Positions 1 to 6,898 of a stretch of DNA of 12,134 nt are shown here, piece after piece. The position numbers and the translations under genes were made by a program. The number at the start of each line of letters is the position of its first letter. Positions within the stretch are counted from its first letter, which is position 1. The notes under the pieces are model-generated. The model was not told the origin of the DNA and made no database searches. It saw nothing but the letters and a program-made list of their open reading frames with translations. Origin of the DNA: Candidatus Thorarchaeota archaeon (GTDB taxonomy: Archaea > Asgardarchaeota > Thorarchaeia > Thorarchaeales > Thorarchaeaceae); assembly GCA_048884785.1 (NCBI GenBank), contig JBHLQM010000038.1:21037-33170 (forward strand), given 5' to 3'.

Positions 1-153
1 AGACTTCTATTGAATCCTGATCTGCTCTCTGAGATTGGGAGAAATGCCCGAAGAACTGTTGAATCCAATTTCAGTCTACAGAAACACAACCAAAGGCTCA
101 TGGCACTCTACACAGAGCTGATTCGCTCTAAGTCATCAAAAGAAATAGTGTAG
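1..153 (+). CDS. C-terminal fragment of probable GT-B/GT4-family glycosyltransferase (partial, 5' end outside window)
   Basis: Frame +1 is open from base 1 to TAG at 151-153: RLLLNPDLLSEIGRNARRTVESNFSLQKHNQRLMALYTELIRSKSSKEIV*. This resembles the typical GT4 C-terminal pattern 'll.dp.l...lg.nar..v...fs......l..ly..l'. Confidence 0.65.
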   Translation, partial: RLLLNPDLLSEIGRNARRTVESNFSLQKHNQRLMALYTELIRSKSSKEIV

Positions 154-173
154 GGGTAGAACCCCCTACCACT
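147..173. terminator. GC-rich hairpin between convergent genes (candidate bidirectional terminator)
   Basis: GTAGGGG (150-156) pairs with CCCCTAC (163-169) around a 6-nt loop, extendable by AGT/ACT with one bulge. It lies at and between the convergent stops at 153 and 177. Confidence 0.5.
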
Positions 174-176
174 GAA

Positions 177-794
177 TTAGTCAGTTTTCGCAGGTGCCAT
201 ATATCGCATCTTGAGGACATGATACAATTTGGCAAAGATTGGTGTCAGGAAGAGGATGGTAGGGATTCCTGTAGTTAGCAATGGTAGTATAGCAAATCCA
301 ATCCCAGCCAGCATCGAATAGCCTTCAACAGTAATTCCGATTACAAAGAGAAGCAGACCTGTGATGAGAAAGCCAATTACTGAGAGGGAAGAGAGCTTGG
401 CTAAAGATCTGCCGCTCTCGAAATCGTATCTCTTCAACCCTGCAATGAGTCCTAGTACTCCATACGCAACTGCGGGTAATGTCATTGTTACTAGAACATT
501 GTAGGCAACTAGTCCGTACAGGACTACTCCAAAGTATCCAGCAATGAAACCTGCAAATGATCCTCGAATTCCACCTGTGGCCGCAATAATCGCGACTCCA
601 GGTAGAAGTCCGAATTTCAGTATGCCCACCATAGTGAAGGGCATTGGAATAAGCGAAATACCAACGTAAAGAACCGCACCAATAGCTCCAAAGAGTATGG
701 TCCTGAGAATCATATTCCTATTTTGAAGGCTGAATCTCCGCACTTGAGAGGAGGGAGTGTCTGTTTGGGCTGTTTCCATTGTAACTTCGTTCAT
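177..794 (-). CDS. ECF-transporter S-component-like membrane protein (about 5-6 TM)
   Basis: 205 aa, hydrophobic and Gly/Ala-rich. N-terminal helix 'ILFGAIGAVLYVGISLIPMP' carries an AxxxA motif, followed by 'PGVAIIAATGGIRGSFAGFIAGYFG', matching the S-component (DUF1393/RibU-like) pattern. RBS GAGGTG (803-808) overlaps the upstream gene's TGA. Confidence 0.65.
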   Translation of the reverse strand: MNEVTMETAQTDTPSSQVRRFSLQNRNMILRTILFGAIGAVLYVGISLIPMPFTMVGILKFGLLPGVAIIAATGGIRGSFAGFIAGYFGVVLYGLVAYNVLVTMTLPAVAYGVLGLIAGLKRYDFESGRSLAKLSSLSVIGFLITGLLLFVIGITVEGYSMLAGIGFAILPLLTTGIPTILFLTPIFAKLYHVLKMRYMAPAKTD

Positions 795-806
795 ACTTCT
801 TCCACC

Positions 807-2435
807 TCACATAATTACGAGTTGGTATGTACCGGGATTAAGAGTGAGTATGTAGTTGCTTCCTACAGCAACAAGATCACCCAGACTTATACCGGCGGCA
901 TAGGCTGTGGGAGTTTCATCAAAATTGCTGAATGTGAGAGTGGCATGTTCATCAACCTGTATATTCAGGATGAAGGCATCTTTCTCGGCATCCCACTCTG
1001 CCTGATAGACCCAGATTTTTTCGTCATCCGCTGCACTAATGTACGGATAATCCCAAAACTCAGATGGACGGGCACTGGCCATTTCTTTCACGGTGACAGG
1101 AAGTGTGCTCCATACCGAAAATCCGCCAACAACTGGGGCTAAGAAGGGCTCCAATGATGATGTGTCGTAATGCATCATTCGGCCATCTTGAGACCAGACC
1201 TTATTGTAAAGGTCCTGTAGAAAATTCAATACACGATCCCGGGTAGCATAATCGCCCCTCTGATTTGCCAAGACTGTCGTGAATACATTTGCAAGCATCC
1301 CGTTGACATCCCCAAATACTGATGGATTCCGGTACGAGCCCATCATGTACATCACGTCGTTGGAGAGGTCCTTGCCATAGATGTCGATGAAATCTGAGTA
1401 TCTGGGTATGATTTTGTCAGGGATTGTATATTCAAGAAAGGTTAACGCCCATGCTAGTCCATACCCATTCACCCTTGGGAGACCTAGCTGCCGATTGAGA
1501 GCGGGTCCAGGGTATTGTTGTGGTTGTGTTTCGGGGAAGGGGGTGAGTCCCATGGGCTCTTGGACAAAGTAGCCATCAATGAATAGTCCATGCTCATCTG
1601 TCATTTCAGATTCAATAAAATCTAGACCAAAATCCCAAAGACCTGTTTCCATCCAACTTTCGTTGTACAAATTATCATACAGCTCAGTTGTAAAGATAGG
1701 GATGCTATTACACTGAGCGAATACAATATACGGCTCACAGGGAATGAGTCCTGCACCCCATATTCCACCCTCTTTTGGATTTGAAAATCCATCTGTCGTC
1801 AGTGAGTTGTTCCAGTCTTCAATGAACCAAGTGACCTCATCGGTCATTTCGCTGGTGTGGAAGTTTCTCTCATAGAGAAGCATCATCAATGCATAATGGC
1901 CTGTCCACATGATATTGGCTGGCCCACGAAAGCCACCAGTATAGAGATCGTCTTCGTTTGGATGGGTTGCGTTTGGATAGTAGTAGTCACGAAACTGGTA
2001 GTTATCCCACTCAATGTGCTCAATGGAATCATTACCATATTCAGCATTAGTTGTATTCATGCTCTTGATAAGAGAGTAGACAAAATTCCGGTACTGTTCA
2101 GTACGATAGCCTGATGTTACTTCAAACATCGATTCAAACACATAACTCGTGAATGCTAACATGTAATGTAGAGTCCCTCGGTACCTATTGGCGTTCCACC
2201 CTTCAAAATCATTGTAGGAACTTCCTACAACGAAGTCATTGAAATAGTTGAAAATGGCTAGTTGTTCCTTCGTCAAAGACTTGTAGTCAGAGAAATCATA
2301 GATGACTCCGTTGATTACTTGCCTGCCAGAAGGTGCAGTGGCTCCAGGCAAATTACTGAATGTCATACCACCAAGGATGATGGCAAATGTCAGCGATACT
2401 AGAATGAATTTGTTGGCTTTTGCGGAAATTCCCAT
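807..2435 (-). CDS. Exported linalool dehydratase/isomerase (LinD/Ldi)-family protein with C-terminal beta-rich extension
   Basis: N-terminal signal/anchor (KANKFILVSLTFAIILGG). Motifs FEGW...HYMLAFTSY, NIMWTGHYALMMLLYE and IPCEPYIVFAQCNS...LYDNLY match, as recalled, Castellaniella LinD FEAW...KYSIAFYAY, NIMYKGHLNLMYGLYQ and IVCEPDNYFVQCNS...VYDRLH. Several N-x-S/T sequons (NTT, NDS, NAT, NNS, NES). Confidence 0.85.
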   Translation of the reverse strand: MGISAKANKFILVSLTFAIILGGMTFSNLPGATAPSGRQVINGVIYDFSDYKSLTKEQLAIFNYFNDFVVGSSYNDFEGWNANRYRGTLHYMLAFTSYVFESMFEVTSGYRTEQYRNFVYSLIKSMNTTNAEYGNDSIEHIEWDNYQFRDYYYPNATHPNEDDLYTGGFRGPANIMWTGHYALMMLLYERNFHTSEMTDEVTWFIEDWNNSLTTDGFSNPKEGGIWGAGLIPCEPYIVFAQCNSIPIFTTELYDNLYNESWMETGLWDFGLDFIESEMTDEHGLFIDGYFVQEPMGLTPFPETQPQQYPGPALNRQLGLPRVNGYGLAWALTFLEYTIPDKIIPRYSDFIDIYGKDLSNDVMYMMGSYRNPSVFGDVNGMLANVFTTVLANQRGDYATRDRVLNFLQDLYNKVWSQDGRMMHYDTSSLEPFLAPVVGGFSVWSTLPVTVKEMASARPSEFWDYPYISAADDEKIWVYQAEWDAEKDAFILNIQVDEHATLTFSNFDETPTAYAAGISLGDLVAVGSNYILTLNPGTYQLVIM

Positions 2436-2564
2436 GCTGAAAGACTCAACTCCGAGGAATTGACTCCGACATGACTTGCGTACCTAGTTATATAGCTTCC
2501 ATTAGGATTACCTGCAATGCAAACGAGACCATGGTCTGTGGTTAGACAGGTTCCGAATTCGGAA

Positions 2565-2581
2565 ATAAAAAGAATAAGAAG
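2565..2581 (-). terminator. U-rich tract downstream of the small membrane-protein gene (archaeal-type terminator candidate)
   Basis: The minus strand reads CTTCTTATTCTTTTTAT shortly after the TAA at 2595-2597, and is followed by the palindrome TTCCGAATTCGGAA. Confidence 0.35.
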
Positions 2582-2594
2582 AGGGGCAAGTTCG

Positions 2595-2759
2595 TTACAA
2601 CAATACAATCGCTGCAACGAAGCTCACAGCATAAACAAGATGAATCAGTATGAGGGTCATTCTTGTAAGCTGGATACCTCTTCTTCGGACTAATTCGCCG
2701 CCAAGCCAGCACGTAATAATCGATGCAAGAAATAGGGCTCCAATCATTGAAATATCCAT
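2595..2759 (-). CDS. Small 54-aa two-TM membrane protein (not in the ORF track)
   Basis: ATG at 2759-2757 to TAA at 2597-2595: MDISMIGALFLASIITCWLGGELVRRRGIQLTRMTLILIHLVYAVSFVAAIVLL*. GGAGG RBS at 2772-2768, 8 nt upstream. Starts 3 nt after the upstream stop. Two hydrophobic helices, and it shares a CWL-x20-HxxY motif with the upstream gene. Confidence 0.75.
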   Translation of the reverse strand: MDISMIGALFLASIITCWLGGELVRRRGIQLTRMTLILIHLVYAVSFVAAIVLL

Positions 2760-2762
2760 AGA

Positions 2763-3026
2763 TTAGCCCTCCCATGCTTCGATTGCCTTAATGCGACGGG
2801 CCGAGCGGTAGTATACTACAAATAGTATCCCTAGGTATGAAACGTGAAATACCGCCCATACATAGTCAGACACCGATTGCACAAAATCCGGCAATGCCGC
2901 TGGAACCAGCCAACAGAGAAACAGCGAGAAAAGCAGCACAAGGACTAGCTTTTTCCTAATGCTTCGTCCATTGTAATGGTCCGGAACGACCGGAATTGAT
3001 TTAGAAAGACTTTGATTTTCCATCAT
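2763..3026 (-). CDS. Small 87-aa two-TM membrane protein
   Basis: Two hydrophobic helices (LVLVLLFSLFLCWLVPAAL; VWAVFHVSYLGILFVVYY) flanked by basic residues (RSIRKK; RSARRIK). First gene of the cluster divergent from the Lrp regulator. Confidence 0.75.
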   Translation of the reverse strand: MMENQSLSKSIPVVPDHYNGRSIRKKLVLVLLFSLFLCWLVPAALPDFVQSVSDYVWAVFHVSYLGILFVVYYRSARRIKAIEAWEG

Positions 3027-3166
3027 TGTTGTTCAATATATTGTCATGAAGCAAACTACTAGAAACCTAGGCAAGCAAAGGCTTCAGAAATCGAGCATAT
3101 TTTCAAGTAAAAGGTACCATTTTTGAGGAGGAAAACTCAAAGTTGATAGCTAATAGGTGAAAACAT

Positions 3167-4099
3167 ATGGACTCCTTCGATCGGATTCTCTTGGCTGAAT
3201 TGGCTGCTAACTGCCGTGTGTCCTTCACTGACTTGGCAGAGAAATACAGTTTTTCTGTTAATACAATCAAGAAGAAGGTAGAAGACCTGGTTCAAGAAGG
3301 TGTGATTCATGCCTTTGATGTTCAAATTTCGCTTCGGTCAGTCGGAGCCAGTTTCGCGGTGACCATGATAGAATTAAATTCCGATTGGTCTGGAGACCGT
3401 CTGAAAGAACTCGGAAAACATCCGAATATCTACAGTATTGCGTCAGGAATACGGTCAGAAGCATTGGTCCTAGTAATCTATCGAAGCAATCAGGAGCTCA
3501 CTGAAGTTGTTGACTTCCTCCAGTCTACTCCAGGAGTCTCGAAGACCGAAACAGTCCCTTTGCTGTATCCCCTTTCAGCAGGTGAAATGCCTCCATCGAA
3601 GGGTCTTGAGGATCTAAAGAGAATTGACTGGATGATCTTGCAGAAATTGAAATGGAATGGACGAATGCAACTTGGAGAATTGGCCAACGTTGTTGGAGCC
3701 TCACCTGCCAGCGTACGAAAACGCCTTCAGTTTATGCTGAAAAATGGTCTAATCAATCAGACTATTCTTGTCAATCCGAGCTTGACCAAAGGATTGGTAG
3801 TAATGTATGCTCTCAGTATAGAAGAGTTATCTTCCGAGATTCAGCATCGTCTAGATTTGCTACTTGCAGAAACGTTTCCAGACAATTATTGGTTGAGTTG
3901 GAGAGTTGCAGACCGATCGCTTTTACTCTTGACATTTCAGGTTCAGAGCACAAAGGATGCTCTTGAAATCAGAGATAGATTATTGGAACTTATACCAGAT
4001 TCATCCATAGCAAAACAGCTCCTGGTTGGTGTGTGGGAGTATTTTCCGGACTTCCGAGATGATTTGATTGCTTCCCGTTTAGAATCATACAAGAAATGA
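3167..4099 (+). CDS. Tandem (double HTH + RAM-like) Lrp/AsnC-family transcriptional regulator
   Basis: Two AsnC-type wHTH units (MDSFDRILLAELAANCRVSFTDLAEKYSFSVNTIKKKVEDLVQEGVI; LKRIDWMILQKLKWNGRMQLGELANVVGASPASVRKRLQFMLKNGLI), each followed by a beta-alpha-beta ligand-binding-like domain. RBS AGGTGA upstream. Confidence 0.9.
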   Translation: MDSFDRILLAELAANCRVSFTDLAEKYSFSVNTIKKKVEDLVQEGVIHAFDVQISLRSVGASFAVTMIELNSDWSGDRLKELGKHPNIYSIASGIRSEALVLVIYRSNQELTEVVDFLQSTPGVSKTETVPLLYPLSAGEMPPSKGLEDLKRIDWMILQKLKWNGRMQLGELANVVGASPASVRKRLQFMLKNGLINQTILVNPSLTKGLVVMYALSIEELSSEIQHRLDLLLAETFPDNYWLSWRVADRSLLLLTFQVQSTKDALEIRDRLLELIPDSSIAKQLLVGVWEYFPDFRDDLIASRLESYKK

Positions 4100-4147
4100 A
4101 CATCGCCTTAGATTCGATCGGGGCTGAGTTCAGTTCATGCGGAATTC

Positions 4148-4630
4148 TCAATCAACACTAAAATACTCTCGAATTGCTATTGCATGCCCACCCTCATGTC
4201 CTTCGCCACGGTAACGATAACCAAAGATAGAGGAAACGGATACTTTGCCGCCTTCGGGCCACATTTCGTCAAGTTCAAAATTCCATTCATTCTCGGATAA
4301 GCTCCTTATCCTATCCACTAGAGCATTATAGGACTCTTGCCATTCAGTGATGACCTTCTCCAAGGACCAAGATGCACGAGTTTCGACTGCAATCCGATTG
4401 AACTCAGCTTCAGTAATGTATGTGTGCCAAGGAGGCTTTCCGGAAAGAACAAGATTCGCTTGAGTGATGATTTCCCAGTTCCAAGCAGATATGTGTGCAA
4501 TGATTTCCTTTGCTGTCCAGGTGCCTTGGACTTGCTCAAATATCATCTGCTGCTCGGTGAGCTTGGAAATGGCTGTTTCTAGTTTATGATGATCGTTTTC
4601 GAAGAATAGGATTGCCTCCTCTCGATTCAC
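4148..4630 (-). CDS. DinB-superfamily / ClbS-DfsB-like four-helix-bundle protein
   Basis: WTAKEIIAHISAWN and C-terminal HEGGH give the DinB-type His triad. 160 aa, GTG start. Confidence 0.8.
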   Translation of the reverse strand: MNREEAILFFENDHHKLETAISKLTEQQMIFEQVQGTWTAKEIIAHISAWNWEIITQANLVLSGKPPWHTYITEAEFNRIAVETRASWSLEKVITEWQESYNALVDRIRSLSENEWNFELDEMWPEGGKVSVSSIFGYRYRGEGHEGGHAIAIREYFSVD

Positions 4631-4773
4631 TTATCCCTACCTCGACAAACTAATGCCTATTTACTAGCAACTCTGGATTCTACCAAAGCCTTCGGGCTTC
4701 TATGTTTTTGAGGTGGCATATCTCTAAATATGCATTTGGCAACTACGAGTTTTGACTAGACAGGTGTGAAACA

Positions 4774-5832
4774 ATGGACTCCAGAGTAATCAAACATGCT
4801 GAAACTCTTGTGAATTGGAGCACCTCTGTGTCGGAGGGAGATATGGTTCTAATTCGTGCCTATCCAGAAGCACATGATTTGGTTGTGGCAATTACTGGAG
4901 AAATCGCGAAGAGAAGGGCTGGCTATATGATATTGATGGAAAATGATGAGGCTCTTCGCACATATCTTGAATATGCGGACGATACAACTCTGTCGCTCTT
5001 TCCTAGACAGTACAAGTCAGCACTTGAAGAGAGTGATGTAGTGATTCTGATTACCGCGCCCAATAGGATTGATGTTCTAGCTGAATCGGACTCAGAGAAG
5101 CTTGCATTACGGTCTAAGACAAGAAAACCACTCTTTGATTTGATGATGAGCAAGAGATGGTGTGATACTCTACATCCTTGCTATGCTTTGGCCAAACAGG
5201 CAGGAATGAGCCTCGAAGAATACAGAGATTTTGTATACAATGCGATTCTCATAGACTGGAATGAAATTTCAAAGGAAATGTCGATTTTGAGAGATAATCT
5301 GAACCGGTTCAAGGATATTCACATTATTGGACCTGAAACTGATCTCTATGCAGAAACTGCAGGAAGATCATGGATGATGGAAGATGGAAAACACAACATG
5401 CCTAGTGGTGAAGTCTATACTTCGCCTCTCGAGGATTCTGTTGAGGGGAGAGTATACTTTGATATCCCCTTCTTGTATCAGGGCAATATCATCGAGGGAG
5501 TTAGATTGAGGTTTGAAAAGGGATCTGTTGTAGAATATTCAGCAGAACGAGGAGAACAGACCCTCAAGTCAATTCTTAATGTTGATCCTGGTTCGAGCCG
5601 GCTTGGAGAGATAGCAATTGGCATGAATAGAGGAATCAAGAAGCACAGTATGACAATGCTCTTCGATGAGAAGATGGGAGATACAATTCACTGTGCTTTA
5701 GGAAAGGCACTTGGAGAGTGCAATGGTACAAACGATAGTGCTATTCATGTCGATATGATCAAGAGTATGCACAAGGGCAAGATACTCGCAGGTAGTGAAA
5801 CCATCTACAACCAAGGAGAGTTTGCCTACTAA
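4774..5832 (+). CDS. M29-family aminopeptidase (AmpS/AmpT/PepS-like)
   Basis: Motifs NMPSGEVYTSP, LGEIAIG, LFDEKMGDTIHCALG and SAIHVDM supply the Glu/Glu/Glu/His/His/Asp metal ligands. RBS AGGTG upstream. Confidence 0.92.
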   Translation: MDSRVIKHAETLVNWSTSVSEGDMVLIRAYPEAHDLVVAITGEIAKRRAGYMILMENDEALRTYLEYADDTTLSLFPRQYKSALEESDVVILITAPNRIDVLAESDSEKLALRSKTRKPLFDLMMSKRWCDTLHPCYALAKQAGMSLEEYRDFVYNAILIDWNEISKEMSILRDNLNRFKDIHIIGPETDLYAETAGRSWMMEDGKHNMPSGEVYTSPLEDSVEGRVYFDIPFLYQGNIIEGVRLRFEKGSVVEYSAERGEQTLKSILNVDPGSSRLGEIAIGMNRGIKKHSMTMLFDEKMGDTIHCALGKALGECNGTNDSAIHVDMIKSMHKGKILAGSETIYNQGEFAY

Positions 5833-5938
5833 CTAAGACTTGTCCGGGCAATTAGAGACTACTATTTTTGGCGCACGTCGCAATATATTAAGGAAAACTC
5901 CAGTTGCGTGTTTTGCATTCTAGGCGAGATGGTCCCAA

Positions 5939-6844
5939 GTGAAATCAGATACACATGAAAATCGGTTCACCATTATCACAGATCCAACTGATGATGAAGT
6001 GCAGAAGTTCCAGAGTGGCTTCGAAGAGGACAATATGCGCAGGACAAATCGTGAATACAATTGTCCTGAAGAATGGCTTAGTCTTATTCTTAGAGATCAT
6101 GATGGAAATATTGTTGGAGGCATAATGACCAGCACTCTGTTTTGGGTTCAGTACCTTGAGGTGCTGTGGGTGGACGAAAGGTATCGAGGGCTTGGCTATG
6201 GAAAGGATCTCATCCTAGAGGCAGAACGGATGGCGAAGGAGAACGGATGCCGAGCATCCCACACCTACACCTTCTCATGGCAAGGAGGTGATTTCTACCA
6301 GGCAGTGGGATATGACCTCATAGCAACTTATGATGGATTTGTAGATGGAGTTAAAGAATACATTCTGATGAAGTCCTTAGACTCCATTAAAGAGGTTCCA
6401 TCTCAAGATACAGACCCCACTCGATTCACAATCTCTAAGGACTCAAGTGAGGAATCACAGCTCGTTGTACGTAGAGGGCTCGGGAGAGATTTCGAGGATA
6501 ATGTCAGCGAGCTGCTAAAGAGATATCCGCATATCAAAATCCAGTTGATTATCAAGAATGAAAAAGAACAAGTGATTGGAGGACTGTGCGGTTATTCACT
6601 GCTTAGGACTGTGAATATCGGAGAATACTGGGTTGATGAGAGGTATCGTGGACAAGGCTATGGGAAAGATCTCTTGATGCTTGCTGAGAAAATTGCCAAA
6701 GAGAATGATTGTATTGCTTTTCAGACGCACTGTTTTTCGTTTCAGGAGATTAACTTCATGAAAAATCAAGGCTTCGCGGTATATGGGCTGTCGGATGCAT
6801 ATCCCAGAGATGTGAAGGAGTATTATCTTATCAAGAGATTATAG
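5939..6844 (+). CDS. Tandem two-domain GNAT N-acetyltransferase
   Basis: Two acetyl-CoA-binding motif A copies: LWVDERYRGLGYGKDLILEAE and YWVDERYRGQGYGKDLLMLAE. Similar C-termini (VKEYILMKSL / VKEYYLIKRL). GTG start. Confidence 0.9.
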   Translation: MKSDTHENRFTIITDPTDDEVQKFQSGFEEDNMRRTNREYNCPEEWLSLILRDHDGNIVGGIMTSTLFWVQYLEVLWVDERYRGLGYGKDLILEAERMAKENGCRASHTYTFSWQGGDFYQAVGYDLIATYDGFVDGVKEYILMKSLDSIKEVPSQDTDPTRFTISKDSSEESQLVVRRGLGRDFEDNVSELLKRYPHIKIQLIIKNEKEQVIGGLCGYSLLRTVNIGEYWVDERYRGQGYGKDLLMLAEKIAKENDCIAFQTHCFSFQEINFMKNQGFAVYGLSDAYPRDVKEYYLIKRL

Positions 6845-6865
6845 GATTTGGGAAGCAAAAATCAC

Positions 6866-6892
6866 GATTATGCAAGAAGATTCCGCATAATC
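6866..6892. terminator. Inverted repeat between convergent genes
   Basis: GATTATGC (6866-6873) and GCATAATC (6885-6892) form an 8-bp stem with an 11-nt loop, in the gap between stops at 6844 and 6899. Confidence 0.45.
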
Positions 6893-6898
6893 CATTCT

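Noticed and set aside
723-2114. Plus-strand ORFs 723-1142, 1381-1572 and 1857-2114
   Set aside because: Antisense shadows of the LinD-like gene with no recognisable motifs.
2542-2775. ORF-track 77-aa ORF (and the 72-aa ORF at 2399-2617)
   Set aside because: Alternative frames over the better-supported 54-aa ORF, which has an RBS, two TMs and the paralogous motif. These products are not protein-like.
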